Shown: positions 20,762-29,496 of the stretch, piece after piece | Position numbering within the stretch: position 1 is the first letter of the stretch | How the letters are laid out: the number at the start of each line of letters is the position of its first letter | NCBI GenBank assembly: GCA_040218735.1 | Contig: JAVJQW010000008.1 | Coordinates: 160,001 to 224,000 of the forward strand | DNA: 64,000 nucleotides | Direction: 5' to 3' | Origin: Deltaproteobacteria bacterium | GTDB taxonomy: Bacteria > Myxococcota > Kuafuiibacteriia > Kuafuiibacteriales > Kuafuiibacteriaceae | Position numbers and translations under genes: made by a program | The notes under the pieces: generated by a model | The model's database searches: none | Told to the model about the DNA's origin: nothing | What the model saw: the letters and a program-made list of their open reading frames with translations, nothing else

Positions 20762-20809
20762 TTATTTCGTTCGCCGAACAAACTAAGTCCCTCTCCGGGG
20801 CAGTGTCAA
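20762..20809 (-). promoter_or_regulatory. sigma70-type promoter (TTGACA-18-TAGTTT) overlapped by second ROK/XylR-type operator
   Basis: Minus strand TTGACA at 20809-20804, TAGTTT at 20785-20780; operator TTAGTTTGTT-CGGCG-AACGAAATAA at 20786-20762, 7 nt from the ATG at 20755. Confidence 0.8.
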
Positions 20810-23800
20810 GTCGAGCCGAGGAGGCGGTCCGCCGGGATGTCGACCTCGATGCGGTCGACGCGGCCGGTCCGCTCGAAGAGCGCGGCGGAGGTCTCGGCGT
20901 CGAGGATCCCGCCCTTGGCCACGTCCACGTCGCCCCCACCGTACACACGCGCGACGAGGGTGTCGCCGGACGCGACGCGCACGTAGACGACCGGGACCTG
21001 GCAGACTGTGAAGCCGAGCGCGCCGGCCGGCAGCGTCATGCGGTCGGGGGCGCCGCCGACGCGGAAGAAGGACCACGACGCCGGCGCCGCGAGGAGCTCC
21101 TCGGCGCGAAGCAGCGTCGGGTCGAACCGCAGACGGCCGCCCTCGACCGAAATCCCGAGCTCGCCGCGACGTGTGAGGACCTCTTCCTTCACCTGCCCGG
21201 TCATGCCGGGTTGCTGCGCGCTGGCGTGACCGGGGGTGTGGGAGTACGGGTCGGTGGGGAACGCGCCGTAGACCTCGGGGGACTTCGTGAACCCGAGGCC
21301 GTCGCGCACGCGGTAGTACGCGTCGGCGAGGCGCGCCGTGACGCCTGCGTCCTCGCCGCTCTCGACGGCGGCGAAGAAGCGCTCCTGCACCGCCAGCAAG
21401 AGCTTCGACACCATGTGCCAGTAGATCGATCCGATCCCCTCGTAGCCGTACATCGTGCCCGACCGCCCCGTGAACGCGCGGTGCCCGAACACGTCTTCGT
21501 AGAGCGCGCAGGTCTCGTCGCCGTGGGCCTCGACGAGCGCACGCCACACATCGTCGAGCTCCGCGAGCGCCTCCCGCAAACTGCCGACGTTCTCCAGCGC
21601 GGGCGCGAAACGATGCTGCCCGCGCGCGTCGACCGCGACGATCGACGTCTCGTCGGCCTCCACGAGCGCCGACAGCAGTGGGTTCGCCGCGACGTCCGCC
21701 GCGTCGACGACGTTTTTGTCGAGGAACCCGGGGAGCGCGCGGGCCGGGTAGAGCATGAAGCTGTTCTGATCCGCGCGGTACATCGCGCTGTCGAACAGCG
21801 CGTCGATGAGCGCGAGCGCCTCCTTCGCGTCGAGGCGGCCCGAGCTCAGCACCGCGACTTGCCCCTCCAACATCTCGTAGAGGTGCTCGACCCCCGCGCC
21901 CTCGTCGTCCGCGTGCAGCACGTTGTACGCGTGGTAGAGGCCGTCGGGCCGGAGGCTCGCCGCGATCGCGTGGTCGGCGTAGCGCAGCGCCACGCGGCAC
22001 AGCGCAACCAAGTCGTCTCGGCGCCGACGCTCGCGTCCGGTGAGGCCGTGTTCGTAGAGCGACGCGCGGTAGTCGGCGTAGGGAGCGCCGAGGGCGTCGA
22101 GCACTTCGCGGCGCGCGGCGTCCGACACTGCGGGGGCGTCCAGGAGACCGGCGTGTTCTTCGAGCGCCGCGCGGATCGCGTCGAACCAAACCGCGACCTC
22201 CGTCGACAGCTCGACCGCCTCCGGCGCGGACGCCGCGAGCCAGTCCTCGAAGAACGCGAGGTAACGCCGCAGGTAGTCGAGCGTCACCATCGACAGCCCG
22301 TAGCCGGCGAGCGCGTTGTTCGCGTCGTTCCACTCCGGTCGCTGCGTGTTCATCCAGATGCCGCCGTCCACGACGAGGTTCGACAGCTTCGCGAGCGCCG
22401 GTACCAACAGCTTCTCGACCAGGTTCACGTGCCGAATCGACCCGTCCGCGTCGCGCAGGAGCTTGCCGTCCGTCCCGCCCGCCTCCACCCGCGCAGCGAT
22501 CGCGGCGTCGTGTGCCTCGTCCAGCTCGATGCTCGAACGCGGGTTCGCGAGCAACGCCTCGTAGGGGCGGATGCGGTACGGAACGTCGGCGTAGGAGAAG
22601 ATCGCTTCGGTCGCCCATGCCGTGAGCCGCTCCGGGTGGTGCGCGCGCGACAGCTCTAGCAGACGGAGCAGGTACACGATCTGGTGGTCGCCCCAGTACC
22701 CGATGTTGCTCCACGGAGCGTCGGGCTCGGGCACCTCCCACTCGATCCCTTCGCGCGTGACGCGGTACGGGTTGTAGCCGTCCGCGGTCGACGCGTTGAG
22801 GAACTTCGCGACGATGCCCTCCACGAACGCCGGGAACGCGGTGCACAGCGCCTCCCAGTTCTGGAAGATGTCGCGCCAGTTCCCCTGGTACTCGAGGCGC
22901 TGGTTGCCCGCTTCGTCCACGAGGTGGATCGCGAAGCGATTCCAGGGGCGGCTCGGATCACCGTGTCGGCGGCTGAAGGTGATCGGGAGGTACTCGAGCC
23001 CGAGGCGGTGCAGGTTCGGATCTTCGGTCGTCGAGAAGCGTTCGTGGAGCGCGTCGATCGACAAACGCTCCGGGAGCGCTTCGAGCAGCGCCCGGTGTGT
23101 CTCGAACGCGGCGCGGTTTCGCGTGCGCACGAAGTCGGCGACGTCGGCGCCCGGGACGTCGTCGTCGAACGCAAACACGCCGCCGCGCATGTTGTTGAAG
23201 AGGACGTTCGCGAAGTGGTGCGCGTTCGCGGTCGGGTCGGCGGTGTGCTGCAGCCCGTCGGCGCTCGCGACGTTTTGTATCAAGCGATCCGTTCCGGCGG
23301 AGATCTCCTCGGCGAGTATCGTGTCCCAGTCGCGCTCGGCCTCGAGCTCGGCGCGGAGCGCTTCGACCTTCGACTGACTCTGCGCGACGTCGGCGACGAG
23401 ATGCCAACGCACAGGCTCCCCGGGCGACAGCGTCAGGTGTTTGTCCAGGACGTACGCGCCGCGCCGCCCGGTGAGGACCGCCGGTCCGTTCGGTGACTCG
23501 CGGGTGCGAACATCGGCGCCGTCCAACCCGTGGCTCCAGACCACCGTCGCCCGCAACGACTCCGCGGGCTCGGCGCGGTCGGAGAGCTTGGCCTCCAGTG
23601 TGAACAGTCCAAGGCGACCGTCGATCTCGCTGCGACGGTACGCGTTCACGAGGTTGCTCATCTGCTGTTGCGCGGCGAGGTCCACGCCGTGAGGCATCAC
23701 GTTGCGTAGGCCATCGACGATGTGCACGTCGGTCGTTCGTTCCGCGACGAGCGTCGCGCTGCGAACCCATCCGTAGCGCGACGACGAGGACCACGCGTAA

Positions 23801-24153
23801 CGGAAAGTCAGGCCGAGCTCGGCGTGGTGCTCCTCGAACACGATTCGATTCCCCGGGATGTTCTTGTGGAGGGCGGCGCGCCGTTCCCCCGTGAACGGCC
23901 GCCACGTCACATCGCCGACGCGCAGCTGGGTGAACGGTCCCGTGTGCGGCGCCGACAGGTGAAGGCGATCGTCGGTCTCGTACGGGAAGAGGCAGCGCGA
24001 CGCATCGACGCGCCCGGCCGTCAGCCCGCCGCGGCTCGACACGAACATCCAGTGGTCGGCGTCGCTGACGACGCTCATCAAGAACGGGGGGAGCTGGTCG
24101 ACTTGGTCGATGCGGAGCATCGCCTCACCGTCGACGTCGACGAGGGGGAGCAC
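20806..24153 (-). CDS. GH149 beta-1,3-glucan phosphorylase
   Basis: Family motifs PPFLMSVVSDADHWMF, FSRRHGDPSRPWNRF, YQGNWRDIFQNWEAL, NTQRPEWNDANNAL, YEMLEGQVAVLSSG, FTGRSGTMYGYEGIGSIYWHMVSKL, YGAFPTDPYSHTP, QQPGMTGQVKE; start uncertain (GTG 24153 or ATG 24120). Confidence 0.88.
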   Translation of the reverse strand: MLPLVDVDGEAMLRIDQVDQLPPFLMSVVSDADHWMFVSSRGGLTAGRVDASRCLFPYETDDRLHLSAPHTGPFTQLRVGDVTWRPFTGERRAALHKNIPGNRIVFEEHHAELGLTFRYAWSSSSRYGWVRSATLVAERTTDVHIVDGLRNVMPHGVDLAAQQQMSNLVNAYRRSEIDGRLGLFTLEAKLSDRAEPAESLRATVVWSHGLDGADVRTRESPNGPAVLTGRRGAYVLDKHLTLSPGEPVRWHLVADVAQSQSKVEALRAELEAERDWDTILAEEISAGTDRLIQNVASADGLQHTADPTANAHHFANVLFNNMRGGVFAFDDDVPGADVADFVRTRNRAAFETHRALLEALPERLSIDALHERFSTTEDPNLHRLGLEYLPITFSRRHGDPSRPWNRFAIHLVDEAGNQRLEYQGNWRDIFQNWEALCTAFPAFVEGIVAKFLNASTADGYNPYRVTREGIEWEVPEPDAPWSNIGYWGDHQIVYLLRLLELSRAHHPERLTAWATEAIFSYADVPYRIRPYEALLANPRSSIELDEAHDAAIAARVEAGGTDGKLLRDADGSIRHVNLVEKLLVPALAKLSNLVVDGGIWMNTQRPEWNDANNALAGYGLSMVTLDYLRRYLAFFEDWLAASAPEAVELSTEVAVWFDAIRAALEEHAGLLDAPAVSDAARREVLDALGAPYADYRASLYEHGLTGRERRRRDDLVALCRVALRYADHAIAASLRPDGLYHAYNVLHADDEGAGVEHLYEMLEGQVAVLSSGRLDAKEALALIDALFDSAMYRADQNSFMLYPARALPGFLDKNVVDAADVAANPLLSALVEADETSIVAVDARGQHRFAPALENVGSLREALAELDDVWRALVEAHGDETCALYEDVFGHRAFTGRSGTMYGYEGIGSIYWHMVSKLLLAVQERFFAAVESGEDAGVTARLADAYYRVRDGLGFTKSPEVYGAFPTDPYSHTPGHASAQQPGMTGQVKEEVLTRRGELGISVEGGRLRFDPTLLRAEELLAAPASWSFFRVGGAPDRMTLPAGALGFTVCQVPVVYVRVASGDTLVARVYGGGDVDVAKGGILDAETSAALFERTGRVDRIEVDIPADRLLGST

Positions 24154-24241
24154 GGGCCGTGAACCTGGCAGACGCCGGACGTCGCCGTCTAGGGGGTGAC
24201 TAGGGGTGGCGTCGCGCGACGTCGGGAGGCAGGCTCGGTGC

Positions 24242-25267
24242 GTGCGTCGGTCTCCCTTACTGTTCTTGCTCGCGGCGGCGTGTGCGTCGGCGCAGAAGCC
24301 GGCGCCGACACCGAACACAACGACACCGATCACACAGGCGCCGAACGCGCTGCTCGCCGACACCTCGCGGGCGATCGCCTATTCGGGCTACCGCGAAGGG
24401 CAACACCCGGATCGCGGAGACGGCGAGGTTGCGCCGAGCGACGATCAGCTCCTCGAAGACCTGAAGATCCTCGTCGCCGCCGACTTCACGCTGATTCGCC
24501 TCTATGACTCCGGTGCGTTGTCGACGCGGGTACTGAAGCTCATCGCCGCGCATGACCTCCCGATCCGCGTGATGCTCGGAGCTTGGTTGCAAGCCGAGTT
24601 GTCCAACCACGAAGGGTGCGCGTGGTTGACCGAGCCGATCCCCGAAGCCGAGCTCGCCGCGAACACAAAGGCGAACGGCGAGGAGGTCCAGCGCGTGATT
24701 GCGCTGGCGAATCAGTATCCGAGGATCGTCGTCGCGGTGAACGTCGGCAACGAGGCGCTCGTCACCTGGAACGATCACCTCGTCGCGCTCGACGCGATGC
24801 TCGCGTACATGAAGACGGTGAAGGCGGCGATCGCGCAGCCGGTCACGACCGCCGACAACTACGTCGTGTGGCGCGAGCAGGGCGCGGCGCTCATGACGGT
24901 CGCGGACTTCGCGGCGATCCACACCTACCCGGCGTGGGAGAACAAAACGATCGACGAGGCGATGGCGTACACGATCGAGAACCTCCAGGGCGTGCGCGAC
25001 GCGATCCCCGCGGCGCAGCTCGTGATCGCCGAGGCGGGGTGGGCGACGACCGCCGTGGAGTTTCCCACGGCGAACGAAGCGAACCAGACGCGCTACTTTC
25101 GCGAGCTCATGGCGTGGGCAAAGACGTCGAACGTCACCACGTTCTTTTTCGAAGCCTTCGACGAACCCTGGAAGGGCCACCTCGCGAACCCCGACGGCGC
25201 CGAGAAACACTGGGGGCTGTGGTTCGTGGACCGAACGCCGAAGGCGGCGCTGAAGTCTCTTCAGTAG
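24242..25267 (+). CDS. GH17-like beta-1,3-glucanase/glucosidase, lipoprotein
   Basis: GTG 24242 after GGGAGG; lipobox AAAC; AIAYSGYREGQHP, acid/base VNVGNEAL, nucleophile IAEAGWAT, FFFEAFDEPWK, EKHWGL. Confidence 0.85.
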   Translation: MRRSPLLFLLAAACASAQKPAPTPNTTTPITQAPNALLADTSRAIAYSGYREGQHPDRGDGEVAPSDDQLLEDLKILVAADFTLIRLYDSGALSTRVLKLIAAHDLPIRVMLGAWLQAELSNHEGCAWLTEPIPEAELAANTKANGEEVQRVIALANQYPRIVVAVNVGNEALVTWNDHLVALDAMLAYMKTVKAAIAQPVTTADNYVVWREQGAALMTVADFAAIHTYPAWENKTIDEAMAYTIENLQGVRDAIPAAQLVIAEAGWATTAVEFPTANEANQTRYFRELMAWAKTSNVTTFFFEAFDEPWKGHLANPDGAEKHWGLWFVDRTPKAALKSLQ

Positions 25268-26325
25268 ATCCCGGGGATGATCCGCCGCGGGACGCGCTCC
25301 TTGTAGCGATCCCACAGCGCCCCGTACTTCGCCGCGCAGCGTTTGTCGTCGTCGCGTTCGCGCGTGCCGAGCAACAGCACGTAGTACAGCGGGTAGAGCC
25401 ACGGCCACGGCACCGCCGGGTGGCCAAGCGCGAGGGTGATGCCGGTCGCCATGAGCACCTCGCCGAGGTAGTTCACGTGGCGCGACACCCCCCAAAAGCC
25501 GCTGCAGAGGAGCGACCGCTCGCCGTCCGAGACGGTCTCGGGGGTGATGACGCCGAGGAACTTCTGCTCCGGGTCACGTTTGAAGACGTACTTCTGCATG
25601 TTCGCGCCGCGCGCGAGGGACCAGCCGGTGAAGAAGACGGCGGCGTAGAGGACGAGCTCGAGGGTGGAGAGCTGGGGCCCGTTGAGGTGCGCGGTGGTGC
25701 CGAGCCCCACCGCGTAGAAGTACGGGTAGAACGCCATGCAGCCCCACCCGAGCTTGAAGCCCACGCGCTCCGCGAACAGGTCGTAGGTGTAGAGGTGGAC
25801 GTGTTCGAAGAACAGGTAGTCGAACACGAACCACGACAGGAGCGCAGCGCTGAGGAGGAGCCCGCGGCTCGGATCATCGTGGGTGATCACGTGGTGCGCG
25901 GTGAACGACAGGACGTTGAGCTCGAGCAGCACCGCGCCGACGAGGTAGAGGTACATCTTCGCGTCGACGCGGCGGCCCAGCCACTGCGGGTTCTCGGCGC
26001 GCCCGAGGAAGAGATCCGCGAGCAGCCCTTTGCCGGTGGGCGGCTCCTTCAGCACGACCACGAGCGTGAAGATCAGGCCGAGCGTCGCGGCGCCCGCGGC
26101 GCCGACGTAGCGGTGGAGCCACAGCGCGTCCCACGTCGTCCACCCCGCGCGGCACACGCCGCTCCACACGACGATCGTCACGACCAGGACGAGGAGCCCG
26201 TTGAGTCGGTAGCGCAGCGGCCGACCGTCCTCCTTCACGTAGCCTTCGACGCGGCGCGCGGGGAGCACTACGTGGAGGACGAGCACCAACGCGTAGACGA
26301 TCCACGGCGCGAAGAACCACACCAT
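25261..26325 (-). CDS. ERG4/ERG24 family sterol reductase-like membrane protein
   Basis: ERVGFKLGWG, RGANMQKYVFKRDP, LLCSGFWGVSRHVNYLGE, RERDDDKRCAAKYGALWDRYKERVPRRIIPGIY follow the ERG4/ERG24/DHCR7 C-terminal signature; start at MVWFFAPW. Confidence 0.85.
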   Translation of the reverse strand: MVWFFAPWIVYALVLVLHVVLPARRVEGYVKEDGRPLRYRLNGLLVLVVTIVVWSGVCRAGWTTWDALWLHRYVGAAGAATLGLIFTLVVVLKEPPTGKGLLADLFLGRAENPQWLGRRVDAKMYLYLVGAVLLELNVLSFTAHHVITHDDPSRGLLLSAALLSWFVFDYLFFEHVHLYTYDLFAERVGFKLGWGCMAFYPYFYAVGLGTTAHLNGPQLSTLELVLYAAVFFTGWSLARGANMQKYVFKRDPEQKFLGVITPETVSDGERSLLCSGFWGVSRHVNYLGEVLMATGITLALGHPAVPWPWLYPLYYVLLLGTRERDDDKRCAAKYGALWDRYKERVPRRIIPGIY

Positions 26326-27092
26326 CACGACAACTCCTTGGTGGAGGCCGCCATCACCGCGACGGCCGTGCGCTTCGGGAGGAGGCGGCCCATGAAGAAG
26401 CTCGCGAGGCCGTTCACGAACCCGGGCGTCGTGCGCGGTCCGCGGCCCAGCGCGTCGAGCGTGGCCTCGGCGATGGCTTCGGCGTCGAGGGTTCCGGGCG
26501 CTTCCTTCTTCGATGCGCTTGCGTAGCCGGGCGTTCGGATCGCGCCGGCGCAAGACGCGACGACGTCCACGCCGTGCGGTTTAAGCTCGGACCACAGGCC
26601 CTCCGCGAGCACGGTGTTGAACGCCTTCGTCGCGGCGTAGGTGGCGATGCGCGGGGCGCCTTGCTGGCCTGCGAGGGAGGACATGAGGGCGACGCCGCCG
26701 CGGCCGCGTTCGATCATCGCGGGCGTGAGCGCGCGGACGAGCGCGACGGGGGCGCGGACGTTGACGTCGACGGCGCGGACGAGGTCATCGGTGGTGCGCT
26801 CGACGAACGCGCCGATCGGGGCGTAGGCGGCGTTGTAGACGAGGAGGCCGATCTGCAGGTCTTCGGTTCCGTCGACGACGGCGGCGACGTCGGTCGCGAG
26901 ATCGGCGGTGACACATCGGGTCTGGACGTCCTCGATGCGCCCGGCGATCGCCTCCAGGAGCGCGCCGCGCCGCGCAACGAGCACGACGTTGACACCCCGC
27001 TTCGCGATCGCCTCGGCGAACGCGGCGCCGAGGCCCTCGGAGGCCCCGGCGACGATCGCCCACGGGCCGTATCGATCTGCGAACGCCACCAT
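26325..27092 (-). CDS. Short-chain dehydrogenase/reductase (17beta-HSD/3-ketoacyl reductase-like)
   Basis: YGPWAIVAGASEGLG Rossmann motif, LLVYNAA, catalytic YAATK; stop abuts the start of the sterol reductase. Confidence 0.9.
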   Translation of the reverse strand: MVAFADRYGPWAIVAGASEGLGAAFAEAIAKRGVNVVLVARRGALLEAIAGRIEDVQTRCVTADLATDVAAVVDGTEDLQIGLLVYNAAYAPIGAFVERTTDDLVRAVDVNVRAPVALVRALTPAMIERGRGGVALMSSLAGQQGAPRIATYAATKAFNTVLAEGLWSELKPHGVDVVASCAGAIRTPGYASASKKEAPGTLDAEAIAEATLDALGRGPRTTPGFVNGLASFFMGRLLPKRTAVAVMAASTKELS

Positions 27093-27208
27093 GGCGCGGA
27101 CGGTACACGACACGTCGGCGAACCGGGATCGCCGATCGATAACGCACGCCACGTTCAACATTCGGTCGAGCTGACGTCGGGATCGCCGCGTGCTTTCATG
27201 AAGGGGCC

Positions 27209-28627
27209 GTGCGGATCTGGATCGGTGCCTGCCTGTTCGTGGCCGCGTGCTCGGGCGGAGGGTCGACCGAACCGTCCGCGCCGGACGCCGGCCCGGACGA
27301 CAAGGACGCCGGTTACGTCATCCGCGACGCCGGGGCGGACGTCGACATGCGACCCCGGTGCGGCAACGGCGTCTGCGAAGACGGGCGCTACGACAAGCCG
27401 GACTTCGGGGAGAGCGTGATCACCTGCTCCGAGGACTGCGGGTTCGAAGCCTGGGGGTGCTCGCACTCCGACGAGGGCTGTCGCTGTGGCTCCACCTACG
27501 AGCCCGGAGACGAAGCCTTCTCACGCGACGACTGCGCGTGGCCCGGGACGCTGTGCGTTCCTTGGGATCGAATCGGCCGCGCCGATTCGCAGATCAGCGA
27601 CCATACCTGCGTTCGACCGTGTGAGACCGACAGCGATTGCGGGACGGGCCCCTCGGGCGAGGAGCGCGTCTGCGCCGACATCGAGCTCCCCGAAGGCGCG
27701 CCGCAGCTCGGCCGCGCGTGCGCCGACCGTCGCGCCGAGATCGACGAACACTGCGGGTGGTCGTTGACGACCGACGTCCGGGTCATCGGCGCGCGGGTCT
27801 ACACCGGCGACGAGATGGTCGCGTGCGGCGCGGGCGCGACCTGCGTGCTCGGCGTCGACCCGACGTTCCACTCCGACGAAGGTGTTTGTGTGATCCGCTG
27901 CGGACGCGAAGACGATCCGCCGTGCCCCACCGCGTTCCCGTACTGCAACCCGAGCGTGGTGGTCGGGACCTCCTCGACCGCGCAGCGGTCCGTCGGGGTC
28001 TGCAGCGCGCAACGTGGGCTCGGCGCGGTCTGCGAGATCCGGAGCCGGGATCGCGTGGGCCTCGCTTCGCGGTGTGACACCGCGGGGGGTGAGCTCCGCT
28101 GTTTGACGCAGGAGGGTTCGAACCGCGGCCACTGCGTCGCGCCGTGTGAGGGGGCCTGCGCCGACGATCCGCAGAACGGCGCGATGACGTGTGTCGCCGA
28201 CTTCTTCGACGATGGGTTCGGCGTCTGCGCCCACGACGACTGCGGGACGTTCCCCGACACGTGCGATGGCGACGGCTGGGGCGGCGACGGACGGTACTGT
28301 CGCGCGCTCACCGAGGCCGCGGGGGCGTGTGTCGATCGTGAGTACTGGTCCGCGCCGAGCAAGGTCGACAGCACCGGTGCGCTCGCCCACCAGGGCGACA
28401 ACTGCACGACGTCGCGTTCGATCTTCTGCCCCGAGCCCGCCGAGTGCGTCGACATCGCCGTCGAAGACGGCGGGCTGTGCATGCCAACTTGCGACCGCGA
28501 CGCGCCCGACGCGATCGCCACCTGCATCGACGGGCTGACGGCGCTCGGCTTCGGGACGACCAACGCCACCTGCGCGCAGCCCTTTGGCCTCGAAGGCCAC
28601 CGGGGCATTTGCGGCAGTGACGATTAG
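27209..28627 (+). CDS. Cysteine-rich secreted lipoprotein
   Basis: Lipobox VAAC, DAG linker, roughly 40 Cys in short CxxxC modules (RCGNGVCE...CSEDC, CVRPCETDSDC). Confidence 0.72.
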   Translation: MRIWIGACLFVAACSGGGSTEPSAPDAGPDDKDAGYVIRDAGADVDMRPRCGNGVCEDGRYDKPDFGESVITCSEDCGFEAWGCSHSDEGCRCGSTYEPGDEAFSRDDCAWPGTLCVPWDRIGRADSQISDHTCVRPCETDSDCGTGPSGEERVCADIELPEGAPQLGRACADRRAEIDEHCGWSLTTDVRVIGARVYTGDEMVACGAGATCVLGVDPTFHSDEGVCVIRCGREDDPPCPTAFPYCNPSVVVGTSSTAQRSVGVCSAQRGLGAVCEIRSRDRVGLASRCDTAGGELRCLTQEGSNRGHCVAPCEGACADDPQNGAMTCVADFFDDGFGVCAHDDCGTFPDTCDGDGWGGDGRYCRALTEAAGACVDREYWSAPSKVDSTGALAHQGDNCTTSRSIFCPEPAECVDIAVEDGGLCMPTCDRDAPDAIATCIDGLTALGFGTTNATCAQPFGLEGHRGICGSDD

Positions 28628-28672
28628 AGCGCCCTCTTGCCGAGGACTCGAACGCGGGGGACCCTCCCGCCG

Positions 28673-29323
28673 ATGCACACGCGCGCCCTCCTGATCGCCC
28701 TCGCTCTCGTCGCCTGTAAGAAGGAGCCCCCGGCCGAGCCCGCCGCGGCGGCGAAGCCCAAGACCGAGGCGCCGAAGGCGACCGGCGCGGCTGCGCTCGT
28801 CGCGGCCGACGTCTGGATCTGCGACGGCGGCGCGGGCAAGAGCTGGATCAACAAGGGCACGACGAAGGCGGAGATCGAGGAACTCGTCGGGGCGGAGAAC
28901 CTGAAGGACGAGGAAGAGAACTTCATGGAGAGCGAGGAGACGTTCGTGGTGACGACCTTGTTCCCCGACGACAAGGACCGACGCGCGACGATCCACTGGA
29001 TGAACGACGACCCGACCCAGGGAGTCACGCGCCTCGACCTCTTCGGGAAGAAGTGGCGCACGTCCGACGGGTTGTACCCGGGCGCGTCGCTCGCGGAGGT
29101 CGAGAAGATCAACGGCGGCCCCTTCGATCTCATGGGTTTCGAATGGGACATGGCCGGGATGGCGTCGGTGAAGTCGGCGGGCCTCAACTTCGTGGTCCCG
29201 CAGGCGAACGTGACGCGACCCGAGTACGAGAAGGTCGTCGGCGACGGGGAGTTCAAGTCGACGGACCCGAACATGCGAGCCGTCGAACCGATCGTCGGCG
29301 AGGTGATCTGCCAGCCGATCTAG
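28673..29323 (+). CDS. Hypothetical lipoprotein
   Basis: MHTRALLIALALVAC lipobox; GASLAEVEKINGGPFDLMGFEWD segment. Confidence 0.75.
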   Translation: MHTRALLIALALVACKKEPPAEPAAAAKPKTEAPKATGAAALVAADVWICDGGAGKSWINKGTTKAEIEELVGAENLKDEEENFMESEETFVVTTLFPDDKDRRATIHWMNDDPTQGVTRLDLFGKKWRTSDGLYPGASLAEVEKINGGPFDLMGFEWDMAGMASVKSAGLNFVVPQANVTRPEYEKVVGDGEFKSTDPNMRAVEPIVGEVICQPI

Positions 29324-29398
29324 AGCGGTCGAGAGGAGTGGACTGTCCGCGGACTGTCCACACCGCGCCACGCGCGTCCTCCCCATTGCGCCGACGCC

Positions 29399-29414
29399 TG
29401 GCACGCCGGTTGTA
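29399..29414 (+). promoter_or_regulatory. Putative sigma54 (-24/-12) promoter
   Basis: TGGCACGCCGGTTGTA: GG and GT spaced by 10 nt, one mismatch to TGGCAC-N5-TTGCA; ~85 nt upstream of the protease ATG. Confidence 0.5.
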
Positions 29415-29496
29415 ACTCCTTCGTCGCGGCATTCGACGAAACCCCATTCGGGTCGCCGCGCCGGCGGGTGCGGCGACCAGCTCAGGAGCAAACCTC

